Assembly (NCBI GenBank): GCA_035691305.1
Contig: DASSJF010000005.1
Span: forward strand, 11,380 to 75,379
Origin: a bacterium
GTDB taxonomy: Bacteria; Sysuimicrobiota; Sysuimicrobiia; Sysuimicrobiales; Segetimicrobiaceae
Direction of reading: 5' to 3'
DNA: 64,000 bases
Shown here: positions 36,359 to 45,756 of the stretch, in pieces
Layout of the letters: every line of letters begins with the position of its first letter
Position numbering within the stretch: the stretch's first letter is position 1
The notes under the pieces: model-generated
What the model saw: only the letters and a program-made list of their open reading frames with translations
Database searches by the model: none
Told to the model about the DNA's origin: nothing
Made by a program: the position numbers and the translations under genes

Positions 36359-38173
36359 ATGCCGGTCCTTATGCTGGATTTCGCCGTAGGCATCCACGTC
36401 GCGATCGTGCTGCTGCTCCTCAGCAAGTACGTCGAGACGAGGTTGCCGTACGTGGTGTGGTGGACCGCCGGGATGGCCGCCCTGGCGGCCCGGTCGGCCA
36501 CCGAACTCACCCTGCTGTCCAACGGAGCGCCCGCGCCCTTCGCCCTCGTCCCGAGCATCCTCATCCTGGCCGGAGCCGGCTGCTTCCTCACCGGCTCCGT
36601 CGCACGGGACCCCAACACGCCCGGCAACATCCTCTTCGGAGCCGTCGGCTACGGCGGACTGCTCACCGCCGTCGCCGCGTTCTTCGTCCTCGGGCGGGGC
36701 CACGCCGACGTCGCGCGCGCGGTCGCCGGCATGGCCGCGGCGCTCGCGTTCGTCCTTGCGGGACGCAGCTATTACCAGGCGGAAGGCGCCGCCGATGACA
36801 CCGCGATTCGGACCATCTTCATCGCGCTCGTCGCGATCGGGGTCAATTTCGCCGGCTGGTCGTTCCTCCCGCGCACGACTTTCGACGCCGGGATCTCGGA
36901 GCTGCTCGGCGCACTGTGCGCGGCGACGTTCGGCGCAGGCGTGCAGCTCCGGTCGCTCGAGCGGCAGCGCGCGCTCGAAGTGATGAGCGCGATCAGCGCC
37001 GCGCTGCACCAGGCGAGCCACGTCGGCGAGATGCTCACAGACGTACTGCGCGCGACCGGCAAGATGGTGCAGGCGCACTCGGGCTGGGTGTTTCTCGAAC
37101 GCGGTGGGCGGTACGAGACCGCCGCGGCGTTTGGGCTGTCGGGACCGCTGGCGGACGGCGGCGGCGCCCTCCGCGACCTGGTCCCCGGCGGAGAACACGG
37201 CCGGTCCGCGCCCGCCGGATCCTGCCGCTGCCTCGAGATGCTGCGCGCCGGCCGGTTGCCGGCGCAGGGCGGCGTCGTGGACTGCGACCGGTTCGCCGAC
37301 GTCGGGGTGGCCCTCCGGCACGCGAGCGTGCCCCTGCGCACCGTGCGGACGCGGGGGGTGCTGAACCTCGTGCTCGTGCCCGGTCGGTTGTTTATGCGGC
37401 GGGAACTGGCGCTCGTGTCCGCGATCGCCACGCAGGTCAGTTTTGCGATCGACAAGGCCGAGCTGCTCGACGAGTTGCGCGACAAGGAGGCGGATCGGAC
37501 GGGGTTGATCCGGCGCCTCCTGAGCGCCCAGGAAGACGAACGCAAGCGCATCGCCCGGGAACTGCACGACGAAGCCGGCCAGTCGCTCGCCGGCCTGATG
37601 CTCGAACTGGAAGCGGCGCGCCTCGAGGACGCCCGCGGCACGGCCGTGACCCAGGAGACGCTCGCGCGCCTCAGGCGCCTCGCGGCGCGCACGGTGGAGT
37701 CCGTGCGGGCGCTGATCTACGACCTCCGGCCGGCCGTCCTCGACGACCTGGGGCTCGTGCCGGCGCTGCGGTGGTACACGCAGAGCCAGATCGCCGCCCG
37801 CGGCCTGGACGTGCGCCTGAGCGAGCGGCTCGGCAGCGAGCGGCTCGACGCGACGCTGGAGACGACGATCTTCCGCATCGCGCAGGAGGCGCTTTGGAAC
37901 GCCGTCAAACACGCCGCCGCGTCCCGCATCGACGTGGACCTCTTGCGAAAGGACGACCGTATCGTGCTTCGCGTGCGCGACGACGGGCGCGGAATCACCG
38001 CGGCGGCCGGCGCCCCGGCGCACCGGGGGCGGGTCGGCGTCGGACTCGGCGGCATGGTGGAGCGGGCCGCGGCCCTCGGCGGCACGGTCCAGGTGGCCGC
38101 GCGGCCGGAGGGCGGCACCGAGGTGCTCGCCGAATTTCCCGCCGCCGCGGTCCGCCGGGGACAAACCGCGTGA
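36359..38173 (+). CDS. sensor histidine kinase (membrane domain - GAF - HisKA_3 - HATPase_c; NarL/LuxR-partner type)
   Basis: Start at the internal MPVLMLD. About 6 TM helices, a GAF-like middle, RIARELHDEAGQSLAGL H-box and a GLGGMVERAAALGG G-box. Confidence 0.85.
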   Translation: MPVLMLDFAVGIHVAIVLLLLSKYVETRLPYVVWWTAGMAALAARSATELTLLSNGAPAPFALVPSILILAGAGCFLTGSVARDPNTPGNILFGAVGYGGLLTAVAAFFVLGRGHADVARAVAGMAAALAFVLAGRSYYQAEGAADDTAIRTIFIALVAIGVNFAGWSFLPRTTFDAGISELLGALCAATFGAGVQLRSLERQRALEVMSAISAALHQASHVGEMLTDVLRATGKMVQAHSGWVFLERGGRYETAAAFGLSGPLADGGGALRDLVPGGEHGRSAPAGSCRCLEMLRAGRLPAQGGVVDCDRFADVGVALRHASVPLRTVRTRGVLNLVLVPGRLFMRRELALVSAIATQVSFAIDKAELLDELRDKEADRTGLIRRLLSAQEDERKRIARELHDEAGQSLAGLMLELEAARLEDARGTAVTQETLARLRRLAARTVESVRALIYDLRPAVLDDLGLVPALRWYTQSQIAARGLDVRLSERLGSERLDATLETTIFRIAQEALWNAVKHAAASRIDVDLLRKDDRIVLRVRDDGRGITAAAGAPAHRGRVGVGLGGMVERAAALGGTVQVAARPEGGTEVLAEFPAAAVRRGQTA

Positions 38174-38856
38174 CGGACGCGGGCGCCGTGACCGGCGAGA
38201 GCCCCGGCAAGATAACGGTCATCCTCGCCGACGATCACGCCATCGTGCGGGAGGGCGTGAAGCGCATCCTGGCCGGCGAGCCGGACATCCAGGTGGTGGG
38301 CGAAGCGTCGGACGGGGCCGAGGCGGTCGCCCTCGCCAAGCAAGTACACCCAACGGTCGCGGTGCTCGACATCAGCATGCCTCGGCTCGACGGCATCGAG
38401 GCGACGCGGCAGATCCGCGACGCGGTGCCGGACACGCACACCATCGCGCTCACGATGCACGCCGACGACACCTACGTCTTCCAGCTCATCAAGGCCGGCT
38501 CGGCCGGCTGCGTGCTCAAGCACGATGCGGCGCCGAACTTGATCGAGGCGATCCGATCGGCCGCGCGCGGAGAGGCGTTCCTCTATCCGCAGGCGGCGAC
38601 CGCGGTCGCCGAGGACTACCTCAAGCGCGTCGAGCACGGCGAAAACCGCGAGACCTACGACGGCCTCACCGCCCGCGAAAAGGAGATTTTGACCCTGATC
38701 GCCCACGGCGCGACCAACCAGGAGATCGCAAAGCAGCTGTTCATCAGCGTCAAGACCGTGCAGACGCACCGCGCCCACATCTTGGAGAAGCTCGAGCTCC
38801 ACGACCGCACGCAGCTCGTGCGGTACGCGATCCGCAAGGGGCTCATCGAAGCGTAG
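38170..38856 (+). CDS. response regulator, LuxR/NarL family
   Basis: GTG overlaps the kinase stop (GTGA). Receiver domain (ILADDH...VLDISMP) plus a LuxR helix-turn-helix. The upstream part of the 646-aa track ORF is an antisense artefact. Confidence 0.9.
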   Translation: MTDAGAVTGESPGKITVILADDHAIVREGVKRILAGEPDIQVVGEASDGAEAVALAKQVHPTVAVLDISMPRLDGIEATRQIRDAVPDTHTIALTMHADDTYVFQLIKAGSAGCVLKHDAAPNLIEAIRSAARGEAFLYPQAATAVAEDYLKRVEHGENRETYDGLTAREKEILTLIAHGATNQEIAKQLFISVKTVQTHRAHILEKLELHDRTQLVRYAIRKGLIEA

Positions 38857-38917
38857 TCGAACCCGCTGCACGCGATGTCCCGCCCCGCCGCCGCGGGCCG
38901 CCCCGCGGCCGCCCACG

Positions 38918-40918
38918 ATGAAACCTAACACCGTCGCCGAAGGCACCGTGCTGTGGGAACCGCCGGCCGAGGTACGCGGGCGCGCGGCGATCACCCGCTA
39001 CCTCGGTTGGCTGCGCCGGACGCGCGGCCTCACCTTCGACTCCTACCAGGCGCTCTGGGACTGGAGCGTCCGGGATCTCGCGGCCTTCTGGGAATCGATC
39101 TGGGAGTTCTTCGAGATCCGCGGCACGCGCGTGCCGGGCGCCGTGCTCGAGCGCGGCCGGGGTGTGGAAGGTGCCAGGTGGTTTCCCGGCGCCGCGCTCA
39201 ACTTCGCCGAGCCAGCCCTCCGCCGGAACGACGACGCACCGGCGCTCCTCGCCCGTTCCGAGACCCGGCCGCCCCGCACCCTGAGCTGGGCCGATCTGCG
39301 GCGCGAGGTGGCCGGAGTGGCGGCGGGCCTCCGGCGGTTCGGGGTGCGGCGCGGCGACCGGGTCGCGGCGTATCTGCCGAACGTCCCGGAGGCCGCCGCG
39401 GCGCTCCTCGCTTCGGCCGGTCTCGGCGCCGTCTGGTCGAGCTGCCCGCCGGAGTTCGGCACGCGCAGCGTCGTCGACCGCTTCCGGCAGATCGAACCGC
39501 GCGTGCTGCTCGCCGTGGACGGATACCGCTACAACGGTCGCGGACACAACCGTATGGACGCCGTGCGCGAGATCGCCGCCGCGCTGCCCACCGTCGACGC
39601 CGTCATCGTCCTGCCGTATCTCACCGAGCGTCCCGATCTCGCCGGCCTCCGCGGCGCGCGCCTGTGGGCGGATGCGCTGCCTCCCGGGCCGGACGGCTTC
39701 GTGCCGGAGCCGGTCCCGTTCGATCATCCGCTGTGGATCCTCTACTCGTCCGGGACGACGGGGCTGCCGAAGGGCATCATGCACGGCCATGGTGGAGTTC
39801 TCCTCGAGCAGTTGAAGTGGATCACGCTGCACGCGGACGTCCAGCCCGGCGACCGCTTCTTTTGGTACTCGACCACCGGCTGGATGATGTGGAACGTAGT
39901 CGTCTCGAGCCTGCTCGCCGGGGCGACGGCGATTCTGTACGACGGCAGCCCCGCCTACCCGGATCTCGACGCGCTGTGGCGGCTCGCCGCGGAGACCGGG
40001 ATGACCTACTTTGGGACCAGCGCGCCGTTTCTGCTCGCGTGTATGAAGGCGGGGATCGAGCCGGGAAAGACGTTTGACCTATCGCGTCTCCGCGGCATCG
40101 GCTCGACCGGGGCGCCGCTCACGCCCGAAGGCTTCGCCTGGGTGTACGACCACGTCAGCCCGTCGTTGCTGCTCGGCTCGGCGAGCGGCGGCACCGACAT
40201 CGCGACGGCGTTCGTTCTGTCATGCCCCCTGCTTCCGGTGCGCGCCGGCGAGATCCAGTGCCGCGGCCTCGGCGCGAAGGTCGAGGCCTGGAACGAGGAC
40301 GGGCGGCCCGTCGTCGATGAAGTCGGCGAACTCGTCGTTACCGAGCCGATGCCGTCCATGCCGGTGGCCTTCTGGAACGATACGGGCGGCCGGCGCTACC
40401 ACGATGCCTACTTCGCGCACTACCCCGGGGTCTGGCGGCACGGCGACTGGATCAAGATCACGCCGCGGGGCAGCTGCGTGATCTACGGACGCTCCGATTC
40501 GACGCTCAACCGCGCCGGCGTCCGCATGGGCACGAGCGAGTTCTACCGGGTCGTAGAAGAACTCCCGGATGTGCTCGACAGCCTCGTCATCGACACCGGA
40601 GAGCTGGGGCGCGAAGGACGCCTCGTGTTATTTGTCGTCCTGCGCGAGGGCGCCGAGCTCGACGATCGTCGCCAGACGACGATCCGCGAGCGCCTGCGGA
40701 CGCAGCTGTCGCCGCGGCACGTGCCCGACGAAATCTACCAGGTCGCCGAGGTGCCGCGTACCCTCAACGGCAAGAAGCTGGAGGTCCCCGTCAAGCGCAT
40801 TCTCGCGGGCGCCCCGCCCGACCGCGCCGCGAGCCGGGACGCGCTCGCGAATCCCGGAGCGTTCGACGCGTTCGTCCGCCTCGCCGCCGGACGAAGTTCG
40901 GGACCCGCCGCCACCTAA
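38918..40918 (+). CDS. acetoacetate--CoA ligase (acetoacetyl-CoA synthetase)
   Basis: 666 aa. N-terminal LWEPP...FDSYQALWDWSV, YSSGTTGLPKG AMP-binding motif and a C-terminal NGKKLE lysine. Confidence 0.85.
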   Translation: MKPNTVAEGTVLWEPPAEVRGRAAITRYLGWLRRTRGLTFDSYQALWDWSVRDLAAFWESIWEFFEIRGTRVPGAVLERGRGVEGARWFPGAALNFAEPALRRNDDAPALLARSETRPPRTLSWADLRREVAGVAAGLRRFGVRRGDRVAAYLPNVPEAAAALLASAGLGAVWSSCPPEFGTRSVVDRFRQIEPRVLLAVDGYRYNGRGHNRMDAVREIAAALPTVDAVIVLPYLTERPDLAGLRGARLWADALPPGPDGFVPEPVPFDHPLWILYSSGTTGLPKGIMHGHGGVLLEQLKWITLHADVQPGDRFFWYSTTGWMMWNVVVSSLLAGATAILYDGSPAYPDLDALWRLAAETGMTYFGTSAPFLLACMKAGIEPGKTFDLSRLRGIGSTGAPLTPEGFAWVYDHVSPSLLLGSASGGTDIATAFVLSCPLLPVRAGEIQCRGLGAKVEAWNEDGRPVVDEVGELVVTEPMPSMPVAFWNDTGGRRYHDAYFAHYPGVWRHGDWIKITPRGSCVIYGRSDSTLNRAGVRMGTSEFYRVVEELPDVLDSLVIDTGELGREGRLVLFVVLREGAELDDRRQTTIRERLRTQLSPRHVPDEIYQVAEVPRTLNGKKLEVPVKRILAGAPPDRAASRDALANPGAFDAFVRLAAGRSSGPAAT

Positions 40919-40979
40919 CCGAGCGACCGCCACCCGCTTTTCGCCCACCGTACGTTGCCGATCGCGGAGGGTGCGGCCG

Positions 40980-41669
40980 TCACTTCGGCAGGGTCTTCGC
41001 GACGTCGGAGTTTTGCGTGTAGAGACCGACCACTTCCCCCCACGCCAGGACGTGCGACTGCCCGGCCCGTGGGACATCGGCGGCAGTAAAATTCGCCGGC
41101 ACCGGCAGACGCGCGACGTTAAGCGCGTAGACCCGGAAGTGGTAGTGGTGCACGGCGGCGTCGTTCCACGGAGGGCACGGTCCGTCGTAGCCGGCACGGC
41201 CGTTGCCGTAGTCGTTGAGACCGCGCACGCCGTTGGGGGTCGGTCCGGCAGACTTGGCCGTGCCGTCCTTGGAATCCGCCCCCTCGGGCAGCGACGTGAC
41301 CGACGCCGGGATATCGACCAGCAGCCAATGATACCACGGCCGCCGCTTCATGGTGGCCGGGATGACTTTGCCTTCCTTGTCGGCGTCGGTAAGAACCGCG
41401 GGGACATCCGTATCGACGACCACGATGGCGTACGACGCGGTCCCGGACGGGCCGCGCGACCAAGAGATTGCCGGGCTCACGTTCTGTCCCGGCGCGGTGT
41501 GGCCCGTCGCGGCCGGGACGCAGAAGGCGTACCTCTGCGGGATGACGCCGCCCGCCCGGAAACTGTCCACCGTCACTGTGAGGGTCGCCTGAGCCTGCGC
41601 GGCCGGCGCCGAGGGCGCGGCGGCCAGCAAGACCGCGGTCGAGACCAACCACAGGATCGATCGCCTCAT
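40980..41669 (-). CDS. YbhB/YbcL-family phosphatidylethanolamine-binding protein (PEBP/Raf-kinase-inhibitor-like), secreted
   Basis: Start at the internal MRRSILWLVSTAVLLAAAPS (signal peptide), ATG 41669 with GGAGAGGTG SD. DGPCPPW...HHYHFRVYAL PEBP core. The upstream 188 codons of the track ORF are non-coding. Confidence 0.8.
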   Translation of the reverse strand: MRRSILWLVSTAVLLAAAPSAPAAQAQATLTVTVDSFRAGGVIPQRYAFCVPAATGHTAPGQNVSPAISWSRGPSGTASYAIVVVDTDVPAVLTDADKEGKVIPATMKRRPWYHWLLVDIPASVTSLPEGADSKDGTAKSAGPTPNGVRGLNDYGNGRAGYDGPCPPWNDAAVHHYHFRVYALNVARLPVPANFTAADVPRAGQSHVLAWGEVVGLYTQNSDVAKTLPK

Positions 41670-41771
41670 AAGCACCTCTCCAGGGGGCTCTGGGACTCGG
41701 GTTCGGTCCCCCGCGACCGGGATTCCTCCGTTCGTCCCCGCCGCTCCCGCGAATGGAACACCCGCGCCGCC

Positions 41772-41798
41772 GTTTACGCTTCTTAAGGCGGAGGGTAA
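41772..41798 (+). promoter_or_regulatory. sigma-B/sigma-F (general stress sigma) type promoter: GTTTAC - 15 nt - GGGTAA
   Basis: GTTTAC at 41772-41777 and GGGTAA at 41793-41798. This matches the GTTT-N15-GGGTAT consensus of SigB/SigF promoters. It lies 80-115 nt upstream of the STAS-domain gene. Confidence 0.45.
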
Positions 41799-41876
41799 AT
41801 ATCGGGAGGCTAAACAGCGGGTCTGGAGGTCCGTGCGGCGGGGGAAGGTCGGCGCGGATCGCTTTTCGGTCCGGCA

Positions 41877-42317
41877 GTGCTTTTCAACGACGCGGACGTC
41901 GAGAACAGCCTTATGAGAGCACAGGCTCGGGTCACGGTGCACCAACCGCCACGCGCCACCGTGGCGTGTGTGGAAGGCGATCTCGACCTCGTCAGTCTGC
42001 CGCAGGTCGAGCGTGAGCTGCGGGCAGCCGCGTCCGATGCGAAGGCGAACTCCCTCGTCGCCGTCGACGTCACGGGCGTGACGTACCTCAACAGCGCGGC
42101 GATCCGCCTGCTGTACGATCTCGCCGAGGACCTCCGCACGAGGCGGCGCCAGCTCCGAGTTGTGATGTCGTCGGACGCGCCGCTGCGCGCGCTGTTCCGG
42201 CGCCTTCGATTCGACACCGTCATACCCGTGCACGACACCGTCGACGAGGCGATCGCCGAAGCCGTCTCCGATTCGTCGGACACGGATGGGAGCGATCGTT
42301 CGCGCGCACCCGGCTAG
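41877..42317 (+). CDS. STAS-domain protein (anti-sigma factor antagonist, SpoIIAA/RsbV-like)
   Basis: GTG 41877 or ATG 41913 start. Conserved DLSGVTYLNSAAIRLL-type region (VDVTGVTYLNSAAIRLLYDL). The conserved Ser/Thr phosphorylation position lies in that region. Confidence 0.7.
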   Translation: MLFNDADVENSLMRAQARVTVHQPPRATVACVEGDLDLVSLPQVERELRAAASDAKANSLVAVDVTGVTYLNSAAIRLLYDLAEDLRTRRRQLRVVMSSDAPLRALFRRLRFDTVIPVHDTVDEAIAEAVSDSSDTDGSDRSRAPG

Positions 42318-42339
42318 ACACGAAGGAGGGCATGCGGAG

Positions 42340-42576
42340 ATGAGCGTTTCGATGAATGTTATCCCGTCGCTGATGCGGATTCACCGGCAGCTGCGGCTGC
42401 TCGACCGGGCCTACACCGACTCGGAGAGTAAGCAGCAAGTCCAGAACGCGGTAGAGGCGAAGCTCGATGAGCTTCACGCGATCCACGACCTTCTACCGAC
42501 GGACCTGCGGGACAAGAGCTGGATCTTTCTGATGCAGGGCTACAACAACTGGGGGAAGCTCTCCAAGTCGGCCTGA
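42340..42576 (+). CDS. small hypothetical protein (78 aa), locally low GC
   Basis: ATG with AAGGAGG SD 10 nt upstream. MSVSMNVIPSLMRIHRQLRLLDRAYTDSESKQQVQNAVEAKLDELHAI..., predicted helical. GC is visibly lower than its surroundings. Confidence 0.4.
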   Translation: MSVSMNVIPSLMRIHRQLRLLDRAYTDSESKQQVQNAVEAKLDELHAIHDLLPTDLRDKSWIFLMQGYNNWGKLSKSA

Positions 42577-42627
42577 GCCCGGGCGCGCGTTTGACCACGC
42601 CCCGCGCACGGGAAAACTTGTGGTGTC

Positions 42628-43005
42628 ATGCGGCGCTCGCACGCTACGCTCAGATGGAGCCTCGGGCCCGCGGCGGCGGTCGTGATGGCCTGGGCGGCTG
42701 CAGCCGGCGCGGCGCCGCTTTCCGTCAGGGTCGTCTCGGTGACCACGCCGGTGATGCGCGGCACGGAGGGCCGGCTCGTCGTGCGCACGGCACCCCACGC
42801 GCGGTGCGGCGCGTCTGTGCAGGCGCTGTCTGATCCCCACCGTACGATCGCGTCGTTGCCGCCGCACGCCGCGGGGTCGGACGGGCTCGTGAAGTTCAGC
42901 GTCCGCGTTCCCGATATCGCCAAGGCGGGTCCCTATCCCGTAACCGTCTCGTGCCGGCGCGGCGAGAAGGCCGCCGTCACGCACCTCCGCGTCACCGTCC
43001 AGTAA
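42628..43005 (+). CDS. hypothetical secreted protein
   Basis: 125 aa with signal peptide (LGPAAAVVMAWAAAAGAAP). No recognised motifs. Confidence 0.35.
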   Translation: MRRSHATLRWSLGPAAAVVMAWAAAAGAAPLSVRVVSVTTPVMRGTEGRLVVRTAPHARCGASVQALSDPHRTIASLPPHAAGSDGLVKFSVRVPDIAKAGPYPVTVSCRRGEKAAVTHLRVTVQ

Positions 43006-43046
43006 CCCGCAGGCGGTCCGGCGCCGCGAGTCGAAGGTCCGTCACC

Positions 43047-44585
43047 ATGCGGAGGCTCGGCGCGCTCGGGGCCGCGGCCGTGCTGCTGGCCGCTCTGGCG
43101 GCAGGCGTGCAGGCGGAGAGCGTCCACCGCGGCGGGACGCTGCGCGTGGGCCTCGACGCGGATCCGCCCAATCTCGATCCTCACCGGTCGACCGCCGCGG
43201 TCGATCGCCAAGTGTTCCAGGGTCTGTTCGCCAAGCTCGTCGACACCGACGAGTCGCTGCGGATCGTGCCGGATCTCGCCACGTCGTGGGCGGTGAGCGC
43301 CGACGGCCGCACGGTGACGCTGCACCTGCGCCAGGGCGTGGTGTTTCAGGACGGGACGCCGTTCAACGCGGAGGCGGTCCGCTACAACCTCGAGCGAATG
43401 CGCGATTCGAGGTTCCCGTCGGCGCGCCGCCTCGAGATCAGCCCGATTCAGAAGATTACGGTTCAGGACGCCGCCACCGTCGCCCTGACCCTCGAGCGGC
43501 CGTACAGTCCCCTGCTCTACGTGCTGACCGACCGCGCGGGGATGATGGTGTCGCCGGCGGCGGCGCAGCGGGAGGGGCTCAATTTCGCGCTCCACCCGGT
43601 CGGCGCCGGGGCCTTCACGTTCGTAGAGAAGGCGCCGCAAGACCACGTCACACTGCAGCGGAACTCGTCCTACTGGGCGAAGGGCCTCCCCTACCTCGAC
43701 CGCATCGTGTTTCGTCCGGTGATCGACGACAATGCCCGGGTGGCAAATTTGAAATCGGGCGACCTCGACATCATCAACACGGTGCCCCTGCCGCAGATCA
43801 AGGAACTGGCGCAGGCGTCGGCGCGCCCCGGGGCGGCCTACCGGCTCCTGCAGCGCGGGGCGTTTTCATGGGTCGCGATCCGGCTCAACATCACGAAGCC
43901 GCCCTTCGACAACAAGCTGCTGCGCCAGGCGCTCGACAACACGATCGACCGGGAGGCGCTCGCCGGCGTCGTCCTTCAAGGTGCGGCGTATCCGGCGTAC
44001 TCGTTCTTTCCGAACGGCACCCCGGGATACGACCCGTCCTGGCCGATTCCCGGCCGGAGCGTGGCGCGGGCCAAGGAGAAAGAACAGGCGGCCGGGCGTC
44101 CGGACGGATTCGAGTTCACGCTGCTCACGACCCCGGGCCAGCAGCAGCTATCCGTGGCCCAGGCCGTGCAGTCGATGGCCGCGGACGCGGGCATCCGGAT
44201 CAAGATCCAGGCGATCGAGTTCGGCACGCTGCTCGACACGCTCGGGCACCTGCGGCATCAGGCGGGACTCCTCGGATGGAGCGGCCGGCCCGACCCCGAC
44301 GGGGACATCTATTCCTTCCTGACGCAGGCCGGGCCCGACCAGCCGAACGACACCGGCTACACGAACCCGCGCGTAACCAGCCTCCTCGACGCCTCACGCC
44401 TCCTCGGCGACATGGCGCAGCGCCGGCGGGCGTACCGTGAAGTCCTCCAGATCGTAGCGGACGACATGCCCTACGTGTGGCTCTACTTCCCGAAGGAGTA
44501 CAAGCTGGTTTCGGCGCGCGTGCACGGCTTCGTCCACGTCCCGGACGGGATGATGCGGCTCGCACGCGCGTGGCTGTCACCCTAG
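43047..44585 (+). CDS. ABC transporter substrate-binding protein, family 5 (peptide/nickel, DppA/OppA-like), solitary
   Basis: Start at the internal MRRLGALGAAAVLLAALAAG signal peptide. SBP_bac_5 core (LDPH..., PVGAGAF, PYVWLYFPKEY). No adjacent permease or ATPase genes. Confidence 0.8.
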   Translation: MRRLGALGAAAVLLAALAAGVQAESVHRGGTLRVGLDADPPNLDPHRSTAAVDRQVFQGLFAKLVDTDESLRIVPDLATSWAVSADGRTVTLHLRQGVVFQDGTPFNAEAVRYNLERMRDSRFPSARRLEISPIQKITVQDAATVALTLERPYSPLLYVLTDRAGMMVSPAAAQREGLNFALHPVGAGAFTFVEKAPQDHVTLQRNSSYWAKGLPYLDRIVFRPVIDDNARVANLKSGDLDIINTVPLPQIKELAQASARPGAAYRLLQRGAFSWVAIRLNITKPPFDNKLLRQALDNTIDREALAGVVLQGAAYPAYSFFPNGTPGYDPSWPIPGRSVARAKEKEQAAGRPDGFEFTLLTTPGQQQLSVAQAVQSMAADAGIRIKIQAIEFGTLLDTLGHLRHQAGLLGWSGRPDPDGDIYSFLTQAGPDQPNDTGYTNPRVTSLLDASRLLGDMAQRRRAYREVLQIVADDMPYVWLYFPKEYKLVSARVHGFVHVPDGMMRLARAWLSP

Positions 44586-44591
44586 GCGCCG

Positions 44592-45698
44592 CTAGGCGCG
44601 CGCGAACCGGTCCGGACGAAACGGCGCGAGGCGCGGGTCGGGACGGCCGCCGAGGATCTCGGCGGCCGCCGCGGTGGCCAGAAACGGCGCGAGCGTCACG
44701 CCGCTGTGGGTGACGATCGCGTAATATCCGGAGAGCCCGCCCTGCGGGCCGATGACGGTCCGGCCGTCCGCCGGCATCGACCGAACGCCGAGGCGCGCAG
44801 ACTCCACACCCGTCCCGGCGAGCCCCGGTAGCAGTTCGGCCGCACGCCGCACCAGTTCGGCCGCCAGGTCAGGCGGCGCTTCGGACGCGCGCGACGCCGT
44901 GACCGCATCGTCGACTTCGTCCGCCTGGATCAGCACCCGTCCCCCGCCGTCGGGACGAAACTGGCACCTCGGCGCGTGGACGACGCGCTCGAGCCGCGTA
45001 AGCGCCGGCGGCGTGATCGCGAGTACGCTGCGGTTCGGCGCCATCGGAAGACCGGCGCCGGCCGAGGCGCCGAGGTCGCCGGCCCAGCGGCCCGCGCAGT
45101 TCACGACGACGTCCGCCTCGTGGAACTCGCCGGAGTCGGTGCGCGCGCCGGTGACGCGGTTGCCCTCCCGCCAAATCTCGCGGACCCCCGTCCCGGCCTC
45201 GACGCGCGCGCCGGCAGCCGCGGCCGCCCGCGTCATCGCGTAGACGTAGACCGTGGTCTCGATCCACGCTTCGTCCGGATAGAACGCGATCGCCGTGTCG
45301 CGGAGCGCGCCTGGGGGAAGATCCGGCTCGAGCGCGAGGGCCCGGGCCGCGTCGATCTCCTCCGCGGCATAGTCCCAAGCGCGCAGCCGCTCGACGCGCG
45401 CGCGGAGCGCGACGCGCGCGGCATCGCCGGCCGCGATGTGGATGTTACCACCTCCGTGCCACCACGGCGCGGCGCCGAATTCGGCCCGCAGCGCGGCGTG
45501 GGCGCGCATGCCTTCCACGTTCAGGTCGTGGTACTCGCGCGGCGTCTTCTGGTTCGAGTTGGTCCAGGCGAAACTGGCGGCGGAGGTCCCGCCGCAGAGC
45601 CGGCCGCGGTCGAGAAGCGTCACAGCGGCGCCTCCCCGCGCAAGACGATAAGCCGCCGACGCACCGATCACGCCGCCGCCGACAACAATCGCACGCAT
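44592..45698 (-). CDS. FAD-dependent oxidoreductase (DAO family; glycine/D-amino-acid oxidase-like)
   Basis: 368 aa. N-terminal AIVVGGGVIGASAAYRLA dinucleotide-binding motif. Confidence 0.8.
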   Translation of the reverse strand: MRAIVVGGGVIGASAAYRLARGGAAVTLLDRGRLCGGTSAASFAWTNSNQKTPREYHDLNVEGMRAHAALRAEFGAAPWWHGGGNIHIAAGDAARVALRARVERLRAWDYAAEEIDAARALALEPDLPPGALRDTAIAFYPDEAWIETTVYVYAMTRAAAAAGARVEAGTGVREIWREGNRVTGARTDSGEFHEADVVVNCAGRWAGDLGASAGAGLPMAPNRSVLAITPPALTRLERVVHAPRCQFRPDGGGRVLIQADEVDDAVTASRASEAPPDLAAELVRRAAELLPGLAGTGVESARLGVRSMPADGRTVIGPQGGLSGYYAIVTHSGVTLAPFLATAAAAEILGGRPDPRLAPFRPDRFARA

Positions 45699-45756
45699 AT
45701 CGGGTGGGATATTTCGGCGGGCCGCGGGCGCGCCCCTCGGCGGCGCGTCGTTCGGA

